Shown here one piece after another: positions 35,579 to 44,130 of a stretch of 64,000 nt of DNA. The position numbers were made by a program, and so were the translations under genes. The notes under the pieces are model-generated. The model was not told where the DNA came from and made no database searches. It was given only the letters and a program-made list of their open reading frames with translations. Origin of the DNA: Porticoccaceae bacterium (GTDB lineage: Bacteria; Pseudomonadota; Gammaproteobacteria; Pseudomonadales; Porticoccaceae); contig PABE01000114.1 in NCBI GenBank assembly GCA_002702725.1, forward strand, positions 35,843 through 99,842, given 5' to 3'. Numbering within the stretch: position 1 is the stretch's first letter; each line of letters opens with the position of its first letter.

Positions 35579-35910
35579 AGTCCTGGGGAATAGCAACCAG
35601 CGTCTTCACGAACAAAGACACTCACGTTTCGGTTGCTGAGATTCTGTCTGGAGGGAAGTCCAGCGTTCACAGGCACATCAAGTTCGACAACATCCTGTGC
35701 GTAATAAGTGGGCAGATTCGAGTCGATACCGACAAAGACAGGTACTTTCTTTCGCGCGGCGAGTCAGTGAGGATTCCATCTGGATTGCTCCATTCGTTTT
35801 TTGCAGAGCAGGATTCGGTGGTGGCAGAAGTCTATGTTCCTCCTGGGACCATGGGCGGCGCAGAGTTCAAAGATATACACAGGGTCATTGGCCCTTCAGA
35901 AGGAAACTAG
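35479..35910 (+). CDS. cupin-domain protein
   Basis: Motifs GGKSSVHRHIKFDN and GESVRIPSGLLHSF (G-x5-P-x-G-x2-H). The start is uncertain: an ATG at 35479 overlaps the methyltransferase by 100 nt. Confidence 0.55.
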   Translation: MERDIFVSKDSRVLGNLGPDANGDRRDPCRREIKSWGIATSVFTNKDTHVSVAEILSGGKSSVHRHIKFDNILCVISGQIRVDTDKDRYFLSRGESVRIPSGLLHSFFAEQDSVVAEVYVPPGTMGGAEFKDIHRVIGPSEGN

Positions 35911-35921
35911 GGAGAAGTGAA

Positions 35922-37994
35922 ATGGCATACGGTGGTAACAGCTCTGCTGCAGGGTACGGATACAGTACTGCTGGAAACAAATCAATTGGCGATGCTGCCA
36001 GGAAATACATGAGCAAGCAAACTCCAGCGCAATCGCGCTATCAATCCAGCCAGTACGATTACAGTGGCGTTCTTGGTCAAAACAGTCCGATCAATCGAGA
36101 TCCAAACTCCGCAGCAAGGGCAAGGTCACTGCCTGGAAGCCAGTACAGCGCAGCTGCAGAGTCTGCTTATCAATCCAGCCAGCCTCAAATCAGCAGTGGA
36201 GTGCCAAACTCGCAGTACGGCGAGGCGGCAAGGCAACTTGCTCAGCAGCAACAAGCATTGCAGCGAGATCAACAAGCGCTGAATAGCTTTCGCGCGGACG
36301 CAAACGATATCCACCAGCAATCCCTGTCGAGTGCTGCTGCGCGACGTGCGTCAAATCCTGCTTTGCAAACCTACCAGAACATCCAGGACTCAATGCAGAA
36401 ATCTGGCCAAGCTGCGATGGGTGACTACGCAGGGCAGACGAATGCGCTTGCAAACTCGATGGCAAGTCGTGGCGCTGCTGCCGAAGCTTACGGCAACGCT
36501 CGATATCAGGCTGCGCAAAATCCAGTGACGTACAAGGGTGTTACTGTCAACCCTGCTGCAATCGCTGCAAATAAGACGATGAGCCCTGGCCGTGCTGCGA
36601 TGCTTGCGGCAAACGGGTACGAGGTATCTCCCGAGGGTGTTGTGCAGCAACAGGGACCAAAGAAGATCGTTGGCCAGAACATCGGCGGGACCGCTGCGGA
36701 AGTTGCCCAGCAAATCTACGGAGGCACTGGCGCTGATCTTGCCGCAGAGGCTCGTCGGATCGGCCAAGCTCGTTATCGCTACGGGATTCCTGAGGATGGT
36801 GGAGGATCTACTCCACAGACTCGGGAGGATCTGATCAATGCTCGCAATGATTTGACTATGCAGGAAAAACAGGATTACATTTCCAAGAGTCAACAGCGAG
36901 ACAATCCTTACAGTCCCGAACGGATGGCTCGCATGGAGCGATACAACAATCGCCAACAACAGAAGGCGACTGCTGGTCAGATCGCACAACAGCAGGCGAG
37001 AAACGCACAGCTCGGTCAACTTGCTCAGGCCGCTGCGATGGGAAGTGCTCCTGCGGCAGAAGCGTTGGGGCAGATTGCGAGGAGCCAAGCGTACGCACAG
37101 CAGGGCATGATGCAGAACCAACTTGGCTATGCTCAGATTGCGTCCGATCAAGCTGCGCGGCAAGCAGAGCAGCAGTGGAGAGAAAAGCAGTCTGAAAGAC
37201 AGAACCGACTGGACATGGCGAATGCTGCAATTCAACAAGCCGAAGTCGAGAGGGCTCGTGCGAGAGATGCGAGGGAATCCAAAATTGCAGACGCAAAGCT
37301 AGCGCAGGCCGAGTTCGAGTTGGACCAGGCAAAGAGGGAGGCTGGCAATCAGGCTCCTGGGTTTAACGATCTAGTGAACCAAGCGCTGACGCAGTACCCA
37401 GAAGCAACTCCGGCTGACGCAAGACAGATGGCGATGGTTGCCCAAGGAACCGACTCGATTAACCGTGCTGTTGAGGCAGGTGATCGCGGAGCTGCTTTGT
37501 TATCGACCGTTCCGGCGAGCGCTGAATATGGCCAAGCGATGGAGCCGATGGCTGCTGTCGATGACTACCTAAGCCGAGTATCCCAGTCGATTGGACTCGG
37601 CAATGAAGGCATTGGCAGTGTATCACCAGAGATGCTGATGAATGGATTCTCGGAGAACGGATTGAGCGCTGCTGATGCTCGCAAGTTTGCAGAAAAGCAA
37701 CTGAAGGGGATTGGCGCGAATAACACCATGAATGCGTCTCCTGGTGTTCCGACAATCGAAGAGCTTCACTCAGTTGGCCAAGTGACAGACGACACCTTCG
37801 ATCGCATCCAAAGATTGAATGCCGCAAGGAAGGCGATTGGCATGCCGCTGCTAACTCTCAGTGGAAAGGCGCTGCCGAAAGAAATGGGGCGAGCAAAGAC
37901 TTATGAAAGCGGATATGCAAGCGTTCCAGGGCCAGTTGGCGCTATTTCTGAGTTCGCTATGACCCTTCAGGATCTGCTCGAAGGCAATAAATAG
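35922..37994 (+). CDS. Q/A-rich 690-aa protein (internal-virion or ejection-protein-like by composition and position)
   Basis: The ATG at 35922 is preceded by GGGAGAAG. The upstream part of track ORF 35697-37994 overlaps the cupin gene. The product is extremely Q/A/S-rich and coiled-coil-like. Confidence 0.6.
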   Translation: MAYGGNSSAAGYGYSTAGNKSIGDAARKYMSKQTPAQSRYQSSQYDYSGVLGQNSPINRDPNSAARARSLPGSQYSAAAESAYQSSQPQISSGVPNSQYGEAARQLAQQQQALQRDQQALNSFRADANDIHQQSLSSAAARRASNPALQTYQNIQDSMQKSGQAAMGDYAGQTNALANSMASRGAAAEAYGNARYQAAQNPVTYKGVTVNPAAIAANKTMSPGRAAMLAANGYEVSPEGVVQQQGPKKIVGQNIGGTAAEVAQQIYGGTGADLAAEARRIGQARYRYGIPEDGGGSTPQTREDLINARNDLTMQEKQDYISKSQQRDNPYSPERMARMERYNNRQQQKATAGQIAQQQARNAQLGQLAQAAAMGSAPAAEALGQIARSQAYAQQGMMQNQLGYAQIASDQAARQAEQQWREKQSERQNRLDMANAAIQQAEVERARARDARESKIADAKLAQAEFELDQAKREAGNQAPGFNDLVNQALTQYPEATPADARQMAMVAQGTDSINRAVEAGDRGAALLSTVPASAEYGQAMEPMAAVDDYLSRVSQSIGLGNEGIGSVSPEMLMNGFSENGLSAADARKFAEKQLKGIGANNTMNASPGVPTIEELHSVGQVTDDTFDRIQRLNAARKAIGMPLLTLSGKALPKEMGRAKTYESGYASVPGPVGAISEFAMTLQDLLEGNK

Positions 37995-38167
37995 CCGATC
38001 CGGCGAGTATCAGCAGCGGAAGAACCTCTCCGGCTATGACAGGATCAAATCTCCGGTCTTCCCTTCTTCCAGCTCCATACTTGAGCGAGTTGTGATGGTA
38101 ACTAAACAGTATCCACGCAGCAACAATCGCAATAAAAAGCACGACAAGACGACGTACTAGGGCCATC

Positions 38168-41100
38168 ATGGTTGATCTTCTCCGAGCTGCTAGGCTAGGC
38201 ACTACGCCAGCCATCCAGGACAACGAAAAAAAGCAGCAGCGACTAACTCCGATCAGGGCGGCTACTAACCGCGCTGAGCCAGATCAGTCTATCTTATCAA
38301 GTCTTGCTAGTACAGGCTTGAGTGGACTGGCGAAAGTCGGGAACTTTTTGGACCTTCCTGGTTCGGTCGTGCGCGATGTCAGCACCTGGCTCCCAGGCGG
38401 AATCGAAGCGCAGAATCCAGTCGATCAGTTTCTTTCCCCATTCACTTCAGAGAACCGTGTCTCCGGCGAAGACATGCTCCAGTCAGCAGGTCTTGCTGGC
38501 GAGAACACTTGGGGCGGATTGGCTGGTGGAATCGCAACCGAAATCGCGCTTGACCCTTTGACTTATTTGAGTTTTGGCGCGTCGGCTGTCGGAAAAGCTG
38601 GAACAGCCGCTGGCAAGGCTGGCCTCACTAAGAACGCCAAGTCGGTCGCGAACGAACTTGCTGGCCGAACTCTAGGCAAGGAGTCAGGCAAAAGGCTTGG
38701 TGCTACCAGCGCGAGGCAAACGCTAACGCCGCGCAATCTGATTGACGCTGCTGCGGATCCAGCGGAAGCGATGAAGCGATTCAAGGTGGCTGGTGGCACT
38801 GATGCGATGCTCGATGAGAAGCTCGGTGGAGTTGCGAAGTTTTCTGTTCCATTCTTGTCGAAGCGATACGGAGATACTGTCCCCGCCCTGCGCGAACGAG
38901 TCCTGGGGACTACCGACCTGACGCCTTCGCAGCTCGGCGCTAAGCCTTGGATGAAGGGTGGCGATGGCCCAAGCGGTCCCGATGCAGGTAGTGCCGCAAA
39001 GCCAAAGTCACCTCTGGATCCGAATGCTGACACTGGCCTGAAGAACCCGACGCCTGAAGAGTTCTCGGCTATCTCTCCGAACCACGCTCGGTTCAACCAA
39101 GAACTAGATGGTCTTCAACAGAGTGGTATTCTTGACGACGCTGACTCTGAGATCCTTCGCGGAATCTTTAGCCAATCAGACCTTGGCGGATTCGATCGAG
39201 TTTACTTCCGTCCAGTCAAAGAGATCTCGCCTGAGGCTACTCCCGAGATCGTGTCTGCATACGGCGCGAATGTTCCAGAAATTGGCGGTGCTGCAACAAA
39301 GACTCCCGATGGCGGATTTGATATCCAGCTTTCTCAAAAGGCGCTGGCTGATGGAAACTACGTCGACACCGGAATTGACACTCTCGTTCATGAGATCGGC
39401 CATGCTTTTTTGGAGACAACGAAGAAGCCACAGGGCGAGGCTGGCGTTGATGTTGTTTCTGAGTTCGACAATCTGATCAAAGACGGGACTCTCGGTCGAT
39501 ACTTCTCCGACAACTACGGCCCTGAGAAGGCAGCATACTTCGGACAAAATCCGCACGAGGCATTCGCTCAACTGTTCGCCGACTCGGTTATCAAGCGCAA
39601 GGGCCAAGAGATGCCCAAGCCAATCGAGTCATTCTTGGGCAAGGTGCGCAAGTTTGTTTCAGACATGCTCTCAAAGGTCCTTGGAAACAAGCAGCTGAGC
39701 GGTGAGGCAAGGCTGCGAACCGATGCGATGATTGACTTGGTCGGAGGATTTATCGGTCCAGATCAATACAAGTCGATTATCGGAAAGGCTGACTCTGCAT
39801 CGTCCAAACTGGATTTCTACAAGCCAGCTACGAGAAAGATGCCTGGCATCGAGCCTGATGCCACTGGGATGTTCAGTCAAGTCGCCAGATCTCTTGACGC
39901 CATATTCCGCGAGTCGAGTTCGCTTCCTGCTGACCAGATGCTTGCTAGGCTGAGAAAAATGCCTGGAGTCAAAGAGGAGGAGATTGCTGACCTTGGTCTT
40001 GACAAGCTCAGTGGAAAGCGACTCAGTCGAAATGACATCACTGACCACCTCAGCAAAAACATGCTCACCATGGAGGAGGCGATCAATACTGGAGACCGCG
40101 CTGGTTTCAGTGATCTTGCAGTTCCTGGTGGCGATGATGGAACTTACCGAGAACTTATCCTCAAGGCCAATGCAGGTGGAAAGCGAATTGAGGGCGGCGC
40201 CGATACTCACTGGATGGGCGATGATTCGATTGCGCATATCCGGCTTGACGATGTTTCGCTTGCGAACGGAGAGAAGATTCTGCGAGTCAATGAGATCCAG
40301 AGCGATTGGATCCAGGGGCTGCGCAAGTTCGGAACGAAAACCGAAGATTTGCAAAGCGAAGCGAAGTCCATCAAGAAGGAAATGTCTGGCAACGCAGTTG
40401 AGCTTTTTCTCACAAGGCAGCAGATCAAACAGCTTGGAGAAAACGCACCCCCAGAGTTGCTTGCAAAAGAACAGTCATTGACTCAGAGTGTCGAGCAAGC
40501 AAGCTCTCGCATAACTCAGATCGGAAAGATGCCAGCCGATGCCCCGATGAAGAAGTCGTGGGACAGCATGGCCATCAAAAAGATCTTCGACTATGCAGTC
40601 GCAAATGGGTATGACGGAGTTTCATTCGTCGACGGCCAGGATATCGCAAAGGTTGTTCAAGGTCCTGCTGATGCACTAAGTGGCTTCTATAACAAGGTTC
40701 AAACTCTCGCCGGAAAAATTGCAAAGAAATACGGAAGCGGAAAGGTATCGAACGAGAAGCTGGCCGGTCAATTCATCAACGACAGCGAGGAATTGCGCCG
40801 TGGTGTGACGTTCCCTGTCACGGACGAGATGCGAAACACGATTGGCTCAGGTGGACAGCCGAGATACAAACCAGCGGAAAAAGTGGCCGAAGCCGCCAGC
40901 GCTGCTAAACAAGGAGCAACTAAGGCGGCATCGTACGCAAACGACATGGCAAGGAGAGCGTTGTCGTCAGTCGGTGAGCTTGCGCTAGATAAAGATCTTG
41001 GTGCTGCTGTCGGCGCCACAATGGACACTGTTGGAGGATTCTTCAAAAACTCTGCGCCAGTGAGATACCTTCGCGCCACCATCACCCCAGAGATGCTTGG

Positions 41101-43966
41101 CGCTTCAACCGAGCTTGGGCAGGAGATCGGCCAAAAGCGATTCGAGGCTTTGCAAGAGACGAAATATGAGATGCGGAAGCGAATGTTTCCGATCGCAAAG
41201 CAATTCCTCCAGAGCGAAGCACTTGACTACGAAAAGCTCGTCGAAAAGCTTGGCGATGCGAAGAAGGCAAGAGGCGTTCTTAACACGAATTACCTGGAGG
41301 TGACTCGCTATCTTGAAGGTGGCACGGAACTTCTGGCTAAGGGCCAATCTCCAAAACTACCCGACGAACTGAAGCCGCTCATTCCTGCGATGGATGACAT
41401 TCGCACTGCGCTGGATGAGATCAGGCAGACCGAAATCAACAGCGGCCTCAAGTCTCCTCAGCTGGACGACATGTTCATCGACTACTTGCCTCGCCAGTTA
41501 CAAGGGTTCCCGAACGACAAGTCGACTGGTTCTGGGAACTTAGGCAAGTTGTTTGAATTCGGAACTCCTTACCAGAAGCAACGCAAAGAATTTTTGCGAA
41601 ATCTTCCAGGCGGAACATCCTCGATCAACAAACTGTCTCTTGATCCGCTTGTTTCGGGAATCGCCCATAGCTACCCTGGGTCTAAGATACCGGACGATGT
41701 CCTTCAGGAAGCAAAGAAGTACCTGCGTGAATCATACGGCGGTGGTCAAGCAGGAAATAGAGAGCGAGATAGTATCTTCCATCTTGACATGGATGACAAC
41801 AACAACGACTTGGATAAGCTTGCTCGGTGGATCACTGGTCTAGATCCAAGACATGCTGAACTCCAGGTTCCTGTATTCAAGCTTGATCCTGTTCAAAACG
41901 TGATGAACCGAATCGAATCTGGGCTTGCAGCGTCTTCGGCTGCTGATTTTACCACTGCGATGATTGCAAAAGCGGCTACCGAAGCTGGCGAAAATATATC
42001 AGATCCGAACTTGTACGATATCCTGGTGGATAAGTTTGCAGTCGACGGCGCGGACGGCGACAAGATCAAGGAAATCGTCATCGGAAAGATGGGAGAAACC
42101 TTTCAGACTAAGCGTTTCGCGATGCAAGATGCTGCTGACAAGCTTGCGAGATCTCAGGTCGATGAATTGATTGCGAAATCGAATGTTACTGAAGATGGGA
42201 TCTTGTTTGACGAGCCAGTCGTTGGTTCGATCGGTACAAGCAAGGCTAAGTTCCTCGGTGTCAAGGGTGATCAAGTTATCTATCAGTCTTCTGGCAAGAA
42301 AGGCTATGCTCCGCTTGACTCCATCGGTGGAAAAACTGTATCAGAAAACGATGTTCTCAAACAGTTTTCTATTCCTCAGCAACTGAGTGATGCGACATTC
42401 AGGTATCTCAAGGGGTTTACTTCGCCTGAGGCACCCGATGCTATTCGCAAAGCACTGGGTCAAATCACTAGCCTATATAAGAGTCAGTTGACGATTCCTT
42501 GGCCAGCGTTCCATGTGCGCAACCTGCTGAGTGGTCAGTATGCAAACTGGCTGAACAACGCAACTGACCCTCGATATTCCGGTCCTCGCGCGATGGTCGA
42601 GCCGATTCGCGATGCGGACAGAGTTTTCAGAGGAGAATCCATACCTGACATCCTGAGCATTCCAGCGATTAAGGAGCTGGGGATAACCGATGAGTCTCAG
42701 GCTATGGAGTGGCTGCGCCAGGAGATCTTTGCAAACAAGCTTGTCGACTTTGGCCAAGGGATTTCAGCAGAGGCAGCTGCGAACAACTTGTCAGATATTC
42801 GCTCTCAGGTTGTCGGCCAAGTTCCGAAGAAGCGACGAGACATACTCGCTAAGTTGCCTCCGAGGCCGATTGGCGCATCGAAAGCGCAATCGTTCAATCC
42901 GTTGGCCGGAGCAGGAATCCTTGGTGCGACAGAGGATACATTTGGTCCGTATCGCTGGGGTCGGCAGGTTGGTGCATACACCGAGGGAATGAACCGCATT
43001 GCTCCTTTCATAGCATTTCTTCGGCAGGGGATGGACTCGCAAGAAGCTATGCGTCGAGTTCTTGCTGCACAGTTCGACTACAGCAAGATGACTCCGGCAG
43101 ATCGTGACATCAAATTGTTGATTCCGTTTTATGGATTTTCGCGAAACGTCCTGCCGTTCGTCGTCGGCAATCTTGTTCGCGATCCAGGCGGCGCGTTAGG
43201 GATGACAGTTCGCGCCACAAGAAACGCATCGGCAAGTCAGCCGTTGCCAGACTATCTTGCTGGCCAAACTGCAATCCCGTTTGGTACGCGAGGTGATGTG
43301 TCGGAGGGTAATTCGTCGTTCCTGACAGGATTTGGATTGCCGCACGAAGACACTCTTGGTCTGGCTGGTCTAGTAACAGGCGATCCAGCAGATGGCTTCA
43401 GGAATATTTTGTCTCGGATGAATCCGCTTGCCAAATCGCCGCTTGAATTGGCGTTTGGTGAGTCTACTTTCTTTGATGCCCCTGGAGGTGGGAGAGCACT
43501 GAAAGATCTTGATCCATTGGTTGGCCGTATTGGATCGAATATCAAAGACTTGGCGACTGGGTCTGATACCATGCGTGCTCAACCAGTCATGGGATCTCCA
43601 TTACTAGAGCATGCGTTAGCTAACAGTCCGTTCAGCCGCGTCTTGACGACAGCGAGAACTATTACCGATCCAAGAAAGTGGAAGAACCCACTGAAACTTG
43701 GCCTCAATCTAGGCACAGGGATGAGAGTGACCGACGTAAGCGAAAGCTCATGGGACGCAACAGTCAGCGACTTGATCTCAGAGAGAATGAGAGAGCTAGG
43801 CAGTCGCGATTTTGTCAGGAGCTATTTTCCGCAATATGCGCAAGAAGCAATGACAGACGAACAGCTTTCAGAAGCAAACTCACTGGAAGAGTTGATGAAC
43901 TGGTTAGCGAATAGAGCTAAACAGCGCAAGGCCGATCGAGAGGCTAAAGCCAATGCGCAAAACTAA
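38168..43966 (+). CDS. giant 1932-aa protein with a zincin HExxH motif (polyvalent/ejection-protein-like)
   Basis: Uninterrupted 5.8-kb ORF. VHEIGHAF lies at 39386-39409 (HEIGH at 39389-39403), with a downstream NPHEAFAQLF at about 39548-39577. It is the last gene of the plus-strand arm. Confidence 0.75.
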   Translation: MVDLLRAARLGTTPAIQDNEKKQQRLTPIRAATNRAEPDQSILSSLASTGLSGLAKVGNFLDLPGSVVRDVSTWLPGGIEAQNPVDQFLSPFTSENRVSGEDMLQSAGLAGENTWGGLAGGIATEIALDPLTYLSFGASAVGKAGTAAGKAGLTKNAKSVANELAGRTLGKESGKRLGATSARQTLTPRNLIDAAADPAEAMKRFKVAGGTDAMLDEKLGGVAKFSVPFLSKRYGDTVPALRERVLGTTDLTPSQLGAKPWMKGGDGPSGPDAGSAAKPKSPLDPNADTGLKNPTPEEFSAISPNHARFNQELDGLQQSGILDDADSEILRGIFSQSDLGGFDRVYFRPVKEISPEATPEIVSAYGANVPEIGGAATKTPDGGFDIQLSQKALADGNYVDTGIDTLVHEIGHAFLETTKKPQGEAGVDVVSEFDNLIKDGTLGRYFSDNYGPEKAAYFGQNPHEAFAQLFADSVIKRKGQEMPKPIESFLGKVRKFVSDMLSKVLGNKQLSGEARLRTDAMIDLVGGFIGPDQYKSIIGKADSASSKLDFYKPATRKMPGIEPDATGMFSQVARSLDAIFRESSSLPADQMLARLRKMPGVKEEEIADLGLDKLSGKRLSRNDITDHLSKNMLTMEEAINTGDRAGFSDLAVPGGDDGTYRELILKANAGGKRIEGGADTHWMGDDSIAHIRLDDVSLANGEKILRVNEIQSDWIQGLRKFGTKTEDLQSEAKSIKKEMSGNAVELFLTRQQIKQLGENAPPELLAKEQSLTQSVEQASSRITQIGKMPADAPMKKSWDSMAIKKIFDYAVANGYDGVSFVDGQDIAKVVQGPADALSGFYNKVQTLAGKIAKKYGSGKVSNEKLAGQFINDSEELRRGVTFPVTDEMRNTIGSGGQPRYKPAEKVAEAASAAKQGATKAASYANDMARRALSSVGELALDKDLGAAVGATMDTVGGFFKNSAPVRYLRATITPEMLGASTELGQEIGQKRFEALQETKYEMRKRMFPIAKQFLQSEALDYEKLVEKLGDAKKARGVLNTNYLEVTRYLEGGTELLAKGQSPKLPDELKPLIPAMDDIRTALDEIRQTEINSGLKSPQLDDMFIDYLPRQLQGFPNDKSTGSGNLGKLFEFGTPYQKQRKEFLRNLPGGTSSINKLSLDPLVSGIAHSYPGSKIPDDVLQEAKKYLRESYGGGQAGNRERDSIFHLDMDDNNNDLDKLARWITGLDPRHAELQVPVFKLDPVQNVMNRIESGLAASSAADFTTAMIAKAATEAGENISDPNLYDILVDKFAVDGADGDKIKEIVIGKMGETFQTKRFAMQDAADKLARSQVDELIAKSNVTEDGILFDEPVVGSIGTSKAKFLGVKGDQVIYQSSGKKGYAPLDSIGGKTVSENDVLKQFSIPQQLSDATFRYLKGFTSPEAPDAIRKALGQITSLYKSQLTIPWPAFHVRNLLSGQYANWLNNATDPRYSGPRAMVEPIRDADRVFRGESIPDILSIPAIKELGITDESQAMEWLRQEIFANKLVDFGQGISAEAAANNLSDIRSQVVGQVPKKRRDILAKLPPRPIGASKAQSFNPLAGAGILGATEDTFGPYRWGRQVGAYTEGMNRIAPFIAFLRQGMDSQEAMRRVLAAQFDYSKMTPADRDIKLLIPFYGFSRNVLPFVVGNLVRDPGGALGMTVRATRNASASQPLPDYLAGQTAIPFGTRGDVSEGNSSFLTGFGLPHEDTLGLAGLVTGDPADGFRNILSRMNPLAKSPLELAFGESTFFDAPGGGRALKDLDPLVGRIGSNIKDLATGSDTMRAQPVMGSPLLEHALANSPFSRVLTTARTITDPRKWKNPLKLGLNLGTGMRVTDVSESSWDATVSDLISERMRELGSRDFVRSYFPQYAQEAMTDEQLSEANSLEELMNWLANRAKQRKADREAKANAQN

Positions 43967-44130
43967 CATCCTCCAGCTCGAACACAAATCTGTCTACGAA
44001 TGTTTTCAATCTTGTCCGGTGCAGCAGCAGGTCAGCACTAGCGCCTCCGCAGTATACTCCCTGCATGGCACTTCGCATTCCTATGAACTGATGCTTGGAT
44101 AGTCGAAGCGTTGACATGAGTGGAGACATT

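Noticed and set aside
43944-44129. 61-aa minus-strand ORF in the convergence gap, with its ATG right after motif copy 1 (AAGGTTTTTAATG)
   Set aside because: It has no recognisable motif, overlaps the end of the giant gene, and is short. It could be real, but the support is insufficient to list it as a feature.
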